64,000 nucleotides of DNA, from positions 4,154,001 through 4,218,000 of the forward strand of contig NC_042997.1 in assembly GCF_006345805.1 (NCBI RefSeq). The letters run 5' to 3'. The notes below the pieces were generated by a model that was given only the letters and a program-made list of their open reading frames with translations, was not told the DNA's origin and did no database searches. This DNA is from Octopus sinensis (Eukaryota). Below, in pieces: positions 56,536 through 64,000 of this stretch. Position 1 is the stretch's first letter; every line of letters begins with the position of its first letter. The translations under genes and the position numbers were made by a program.

Positions 56536-56681
56536 GTGACCGCACGTGTACCGTTGCGATTTTCTATCTTCGTCTTCCATTCCCTGGATCTTTCCTTCCT
56601 TCCTGAGCGTCCAATGATACTCTATTTTTCCACGCCCTCGCGTTGTGTTTTCTCTTTGTTTTTTTCATGTTTGGATTAACT

Positions 56682-56682
<1 letters not shown>
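56536..56682 (+). mobile_element. Second copy of the 36636-36840 element, lacking the ribozyme segment
   Basis: Shares GTGACC..., GGATCTTTCCTTC, TCCTGAGCGTCCAAT and TTTGGATTAACTA. Confidence 0.75.
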
Positions 56683-56729
<47 letters not shown>

Positions 56730-56829
56730 ATAATTATAAACGACAGACGTATTATTACTAAGGCAATTCTTATGTATATATTAACGTGGATGTTGCACTA
56801 GATAACCGAATACTGGGTTATTCATCTTG

Positions 56830-57130
56830 AGTAGGACCGTTCATAACTAACTCTTGGTCGTTAACAATGAAGAATGTTCGAGTTGATCAGATGATTGGAT
56901 GAGTCTTCTCATAGAATTAACCTACATGTGGACGATTATTTTATAGACAAGCAACTCCTAACATAGTTATCAGGGAGATTCAGCGTGAGTGAGAATGCGA
57001 TATGTCCGCCCCTTTGAATTACTGTTACAACTATGCTATGCCAGCTCAGTTTTCTGGATCAACGTGAAATAAATTGTGTTACTCTTGGTCAAAACGTGCT
57101 GCCAGGAATCGAACTCAAAAACTCACAATC
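56830..57130 (-). mobile_element. Degenerate family A SINE
   Basis: GGAGATTCAGCGTGA, CCCTTTGAATTAC and CAACGTGAAATAAA match 63880-63990. Confidence 0.6.
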
Positions 57131-59324
57131 GTGTAGAAATAAATCTAAAAACGAAGCCCCTCACAAGGACACAAGGTGTACTAAGGTATTATAATTATAT
57201 CATTAGCAGTCGAGAATCGCTTGCTACGGGTGCCAGGAATATCAACTCACCTGATTTTGACTTGCATGGTCTTCTCAGTGATAGACGTTCGGTAAAAGAA
57301 CAATAGTTTAATCTCGTGTCAGAAAGATATTGTTATTCTATATATTGTTGACAGTGAGAATCGGCTGTAATGCCGCTGCCGGATATTTACCTTTGAAAAG
57401 ATTGTGTGCGTCAATGCTTAGTAATCTGATTACTCTTCAGTGAGATTCGCTAAATTTTAAGTAACCCAATTAAATCTTGATAAATGTATGTTGAGTCGAT
57501 TAAAAAAAAAACTGTAATTGCATTATAATTAGTATTTAGGCTTCTAATATTCTCAATACGTTTTAATATTGCTTATAGTCGCATGTCTAAGTTTGAACGC
57601 GTAGGAAATTCGTCATCTGCAAGAAAATATTAATTAAATTTTCACAATATGCGGAGGTAACCACATGCATGTATGTACTTCATATCAAAGTACAGGCGTG
57701 GTCAAACGTATGGAAAATAGGTATGAAAATTAGACTAGCTTCTATTAATCAAATGTAAGGAATTTGAACTAGGACTATATTTTTGAGTTTGCCTATGCTT
57801 TCTTCTAAATATTGAACCCTTGGATGAATTATTAGGTAAGTGTATCACTACTTTGTATATGTTTAAATAGAAATGTTCTGGGGCATAAAAATTTTGATTT
57901 TTGAAAAAATGTTGCCACGACTCTCTATATAAAAATATCCACTTTATACATAAAGCGGTTTTTGAAATAAATACGCCTTCACTGATGTAACACCTTGGCA
58001 TATGACAACTAACGTTATTGTTGTTGAGCGCAGTATAAAAGTAGTCGAGGCAAATCCTCCGCAGCACGGATGACATTTCACTTTTCTGTTTAGAATAATC
58101 TTCCAATGATGTTATCACAAAAATGAGCATAATCCGTAAAGTTTTTCCACAGTATTACCGTAATAGTAGGATTTGATCTTGTTTAATATTTATAGTCATG
58201 ATAAATTATCAAATGCTTCTCTTATGTAATATGTAAAATGTAATGTTTGTTATTAAGAAAGACTCGCCATACGCCTTAATGAAAGTTTGTATACGTATTA
58301 TTGGCAAACATTTTATGATTTAACTCCAAGTGGAGTAGATATTTCCTTTTGTTGATGGATTAGCATAGTAAGAGGTTAGAGTAGTTGTAATGCACAGATT
58401 GTTTGATATATTTATTTCATATTTTGGAATCATATAATACAATTAAATCACGTGTATACCCCGAAGACTCAAATTCGCACATCGAATTGCACATTTATTA
58501 CCTGTAAGGAGATATCTAAATGCTTGTATCAGCAGAAATATAATCTCTGAATAATCTAACGCAACATTATCACACCGAAACGACAAACTAATTAAGTTCA
58601 TATTATGTTGCATTAAAATCAATTAACGACCGTTACGTACACGGAACAGTGTTTGGCACTGAGAGGTTATTAGCGTGTAACAACGAGTTGTTAGATTATC
58701 TACTTACGAATATTAGCGTTAGAAATATAGCCGTACGGAATAAATATGTTGTAAAATATTGATATCCAGGTAATTCATAAATGCCTAAGGATTTAGTTCC
58801 TTTGCTCGACACAACAAAATTTCTTTCTAGTTGAGCATTTACAATAAGAAGACAAATTACACGAGCGGTATTCAAAATTTAGAGACACTGAGCGGGTGGC
58901 AGGAAATTTTTCAAATAAGATATTAAGTATACTTATAACAAGATGAAAATATATCTTTACATCTGTTTCAAATGTGTAGCAGAATTTGAAATGAAAAACA
59001 GAAGGAAAATGACAGGCCAAATGGTTGGGGAGAAAATACATTATATGTCGATTATATTTGAAGTTAAGATCTTTGTGGCTGATACTTGAAACCCGGAAGA
59101 GAAAATAAAATTTATAAAAAACATTTCTATCTGCTCAGGCTCAAATAATTAGATCGAATTTCGTAAAGGCGAAGATTGGCAAATCTCAATAGCATAGCAA
59201 ACGTAAAACCCGTAGCAAAATAGATTTAAGTAGTGATTGTCTCTTAATCAACTACTTAAAATAACTATAAGAACAGGTATGTCTATCCATATAAAAAAAA
59301 TGTATTATGATGTTAAACGAGTGT

Positions 59325-59560
59325 GTGGAGGAGCGTATCTTTGTAATTATGGAATTCGTCACGCGATTGCAAGGTCGCAACTGGCGGCGCGCTTTGTCCT
59401 TTAGCATTGATCCGATGCTGCCAACTGTCTAAATGTAGTACCTATATTTCAAAAAGTCAGCTTTGTCACATTCACCTTCGGAACAATTCTGAGGATATGT
59501 TTGCGTATTAATTTCACGAGCTTGCTGCTCAGTTGATTGGATTAAATGGAATGCACATGG
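59325..59560 (+). mobile_element. Degenerate family A SINE
   Basis: GATTGCAAGGTCG head remnant, TATTTCAAAAAGTCAGC and TTAATTTCACGAGC body. Confidence 0.5.
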
Positions 59561-59936
59561 TTGTAACAGATAGAGTAGTAGTACGTGGAACTGAATTTAT
59601 AGGAAACTGAAAGGGATATAAACCAGGGTCTGTGACAGAGGATAACAATTAATAATAACTTTTCTTGGTTACTTTTCTATAAAAACTGCTATTAATACTG
59701 AATAGAGAAGAGTGGACTTGATTATAATGGAAGTAAAACAAACAGTTTAAGATTTGAAACTTTACAAAAATCACAAATAATTTAAGTGTATGGTAAAGAA
59801 ATCGAGGAAAGATAGGTCGTAGTGAGAGATGAAGATATTGTTGAAGGCTAATGTGAAGTCATTCGAACAGTGAATAGGGTACCTTGCACACGCCCCCTAC
59901 CACAAAACGGACTACATAGAATTGGAATTGCACACA

Positions 59937-60010
<74 letters not shown>

Positions 60011-60369
60011 ATATACATATATACACACATATATACATATATAAATATGACTATATACGTATATATATCTACATATATGTATGAATATATATATACATAT
60101 ATATATACATATATACACACATATATACATATATACATGTTATAGATACGTATATATATATTAGCTTTTATCTCTTCACTTTTGCTGATTTCAGCCCAGG
60201 GCTGAGGTCATGCTGGTGCATCTCTAGTTAAATAGTGTTGTGTCCGATATTGTTTTTGGTGAAGTGGACTGTATATATAAGACAATTATTTTTCAGTTCA
60301 GTGTTCTGGATTATACTTCAGTTATTGTTCGGTCAGTTTCTACCCTGGAGTATAAAGTGAATCAGAAAC

Positions 60370-60694
60370 CGATTTGATTGAAAATTAATGTACCAAAAAA
60401 GAACAGGTTACTAATAGTACAACAACAGAAATCTTGTAATTTAACCGATAGGCATTATATAGGAAAATATAAAGCGGACGGAGCTGCTCTACAAAGCATT
60501 TCCTGCCGCAACGTCGATTCATCAGGTATCTCAGATAGAAACCTTCCCAGAAGTACCTTGAATATTTCCACATCAAAACTATGGTTGCCATGAAGGATGT
60601 TGAAGGATGCTTCAGAGCCCGACAGTTGCATTACTGTGTCCTTATTTTAGATGGGGAAGACCAGTTCGAGGATTGGTAGAGCTGTCAATTCCCA
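60370..60694 (+). mobile_element. Older CR1-like ORF2 C-terminal relic (continues at 63323-63440)
   Basis: A degenerate WMLRxFRAR region lies inside the duplicated segment. After the second repeat the frame reads ELEGIQRQYTKKI...NWEKIKEMNLYSL. Confidence 0.55.
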
Positions 60695-63162
60695 AATTGG
60701 GAATTAAACCCTCAAAGATAATCCAAATATTATATCACCGCATGTCTCTCTCCTCTTCCTTCCTGGGAAGAGAGACTCAGCTCCTTTTGCTCTCCCAGTA
60801 GATAACTATTGCATCCAGACAATCTCCTTTGTGTTTTAGCGCTTGACCCCGTCGAGTTCCGCAGTTTGTTTCACATTCTCTAAGGATGATAGCTGGCAGT
60901 AATTGTCCAAGAGGCTGTGAACGAAAGTCTTCCATAGGAGTAGCAGATTTCTCCATTTTTCTGGTTCTGAATGTCCTCAGAATCCATCCAGGCACTCGCC
61001 TGCACAGTGTTGTTATATTGGTAATATGCACATGGAATGTTACATCATTGCTCAAGTAAACACCCAGGTCAGGCACAGACTCTAAATATGGGATCATTTT
61101 AACTTCTGGTCCAGTGTATTCTGATTTTAATCTGGTGTTAGACTGATAGTGGAGAGCCTGAAATTTCATAGCATTGAACTACATGTTACTATTGTTTACT
61201 CATTTGTAGATTTCGTTCAGGAATTTCTGCAGTTTCTTGATGTCCTCTGTGTTCCTAACTGCCTGCGATATTTTTGTGTCATCAGCATAACTAGTGAGAT
61301 TGGCTGGCTATACCGTGGATGGAAAGTCTGAGAGCGCCACCACAATTAGCGGTGGCCCCCTACAGATACCAGTGGGACTCCGCTGAGAACTGGTGTCTCT
61401 TCAGAGCGAGCACCATTGACTGCAACTGTCTGACTCCTGCGCTTCAGAAAATCATGCTGCCACTATCCTAGTTTCCTGCTAATACCAATGTTTCGCAGCT
61501 GTGATATATGATGCCATGATCAACATTGTCGAAAGATTTGGCAAAGTCGAGTCATAGTCACATCTATTGCTGACTGGTTTAGCTGTTGCTTCACTACCCA
61601 GTCAAAGTGCTGCAGTAGCTGTGCTAGGCATGTTCGCTCTGGACGGAAATCATATTGCGTGTTTGTGAGATGGTTGTTTATTTCTAGGAACCGGATCAGC
61701 CTTTTTTCTGACAATGTGTTCCAATGTGCACTAACATGTGAGGTAAGAGAGATGGGCCTATAGATTTTTGCATCTGCTCTGCGACCTCCTTTATGGAGAG
61801 GGCACTTTTTTAGCATGTTGGGAAGTTTACCACATGCAACAAAACTCTGAAAGAGTATCTGCAGTGAATTTGTAAGATCCTAATTACATGTCTTTAAGAG
61901 AACAGCCGAGAGTCCATCTGGGCCTGTTGCTGACTTTGATTGCATCTCACCAATGACCGTTATTAAATCCTCTTGTTTTATGTTGATGTAATCGATGGTT
62001 GCCTCTTTTCCGAATAGAGTCATTACGTTGAAGAATTTCCTCGGCTTGTTTATTTGCATATTTTCCAGTGATGTGAAAACTGGCCGGAATATTTTAATTA
62101 GTGTTTCAATTATTTTCCCCGGGTCTGCTGTCAGTGAGCCATTTTTACCGATTAGTAGCCCTAGCTTATAGCGTACTGAGGCAGACTCCTTAGTCAACGT
62201 GTATATGGCTTTAGGATTTCTTTTTATATTTGGGACTACCCAGGTTTCTCTTCCCTTTCTTTTGCATGGGAGATTTTAAGTTCATTTTCTGTCTCGAAGA
62301 GTTCCTCTATCAGGTAGAATTTCATACTGCCAAAAGGTGATTGTTTGAACGAAACGAGACCTTTATTCTCTGCCATATGCGTATTCTCCTCTCTCAGGGA
62401 ATGATGTTCTTGTGTGTATTGTCTCCCTTCCCTGGGACATATTTAATGCATATCGCATGATTAACATGAATATTTTTAGTTTCATTTCTATGTCTTGCAT
62501 ACAGAGGCTTTTAGACCAGTCCCGCTGGAGTATCTGTTTTTCAAGTGACTTTAAGTCGGCCTCATAAATATTTAGGGTGGTTACGTTTTGTAACGTGCGC
62601 AGTTTATCTTTAGTTAATTCCGTGCTATACACTGTCAGTTCTATCATGTTATAATCTGAGATTATTGTCGGTGATATATTTACGTTGTGGATAATTTCAA
62701 CATTATTTGTAAAACAGAGGTCCAGGATATTTTTTTAGCCTGGTAGGAGAATATATGATCTGCTCCATGAATAATATCTTCGTAGGATCAAGTAGAGTTT
62801 CTGCTTGATATCGCTCTTTGTGCCATTCCAGAGTTTATATTACCCTCAGGCCACCTGATGTTGGAGAAGTTGGAGTCATTCATCAGAAATATAATAGTAC
62901 GGTGGTCCAATTTTGTTAGTACTTTCTTTAAGGCACTGAGATTTCCCTCAAATTTTCCGTAATGATTTGAGCAATCAATTTGCTTTAGATGTATTATGAG
63001 TGTATCACAGACCCAGTTAGAAATAGATAACTGTGTTAATGGTATGACATCATCTCGGTTGTACATTGCAACACCATCTTGATATTCTTTTTCTTTTGTC
63101 TGTATGGAAGATAGCATATATTAGTATGTGTCTCTCCGAATCACTTACGTCTACAGATATAT
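60695..63162 (-). mobile_element. Decayed CR1/L2-group LINE ORF2 (APE plus RT), truncated at both ends
   Basis: DGVAMY, NDSNFSNIRW, KSATGPDGL, YRPISLTSHV, YADDT-type region near 61280, DLGVYLSNDVTF. Confidence 0.88.
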
Positions 63163-63322
63163 ATAGAAACCTTCCCAGAAGTACCTTGAATATTTCCACA
63201 TCAAAACTATGGTTGCCATGAAGGATGTTGAAGGATGCTTCAGAGCCCGACAGTTGCATTACTGTGTCCTTATTTTAGATGGGGAAGACCAGTTCGAGGA
63301 TTGGTAGAGCTGTCAATTCCCA
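63163..63322 (+). repeat. Perfect 160-bp direct repeat of 60535-60694
   Basis: Base-by-base comparison shows no mismatch; offset 2628 bp. Confidence 0.93.
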
Positions 63323-63770
63323 GAGAGTGAATAATAAGCTGGGGAACTCGAAGGAATCCAGCGCCAATACACAAAGAAGATTGTCTGGATGCAAAAGATG
63401 GTGAACTGGGAGAAGATAAAGGAGATGAATCTCTATTCCTTGGTATAAGATAAAAATTTGGTATAAAATAACAATTTCACATATTTGTCTTAAACAATCA
63501 GACAAGCAGCTTCATAAATCAGATATATGGCATCAGATTGTATTCTATTCAAATAACCACATGTATATATTAAGGCAGAGATGATGAAAATATAAAAACA
63601 TAAGAATATAAACATAGAAAATATAAGGAGTAACATCAAAGTAGAAAGTAAAGTTAGAATAGATTAAAGGGGGTGATTGAAAGGTTCACTACACACATAC
63701 GGTCGTTTCAGATTAGATTTAAGAAAACTTTTTTATTTATGTATTTTTAAAAATATAAAAAAAAAGACTC

Positions 63771-64000
63771 CGCCGGTTACGACGACGAGGGGCCCAGCTG
63801 ATACGATCAACGGAACAGCTTGCTCGTGAAATTAACGTGCAAATGGCTGAGCATTCCACAGACACGTGTACCCTTAACGTAGTTCTCGGGGATAATCAGC
63901 GTGACACAGAGAGTGACAAGGCTGACCCTTTGAAGTACAAGTACAACTCATTTTTGCCAGCTGAGTGGACTGGAGCAACGTGAAATAAAGTGTCTTGCTC
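63771..64000 (-). mobile_element. Family A SINE cut by the window end
   Basis: The reverse complement contains GAGCAAGACACTTTATTTCACGTTGCTCCAGTCCACTCAGCTGGC, as at 48110-48150. Confidence 0.85.

Noticed and set aside
57735-58130. 131-aa minus-strand ORF with possible splice sites
   Set aside because: No recognisable motif, weak splice signals, and a length compatible with chance.

Overview
AT-rich eukaryotic (animal) genomic DNA, most likely a coleoid cephalopod such as Octopus. This is inferred from the SINE types, the very long (TA)n/(TG)n/(TAA)n tracts and the transposon mix, and is not proven. The window is almost entirely repeats: mariner/Tc1 fossils, a Chapaev-like fossil, several Penelope-like elements (PLEs), CR1-like, L1/Tx1-like and R4/Dong-like LINE relics, at least three tRNA-derived SINE families, foldback/MITE palindromes and microsatellites. 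No intact protein-coding gene is recognisable; there are only a few candidate minus-strand exons near 22.7-25.5 kb. Most ORFs in the supplied track are microsatellite artefacts or transposon fragments. The most notable signal is a set of hammerhead-ribozyme (HHR) folds. The main one is a non-coding 587-bp tandem repeat (7829-9166) with one type I HHR per unit, which has the architecture of a retrozyme/circRNA-producing element. That HHR has a non-canonical CCGAUGA core. Minimal HHRs with variant cores also occur at PLE-like ends (31.6 kb, 36.7 kb, and a decayed one at 11.75 kb). All folds and alignments were done by eye; boundaries of decayed elements are approximate.
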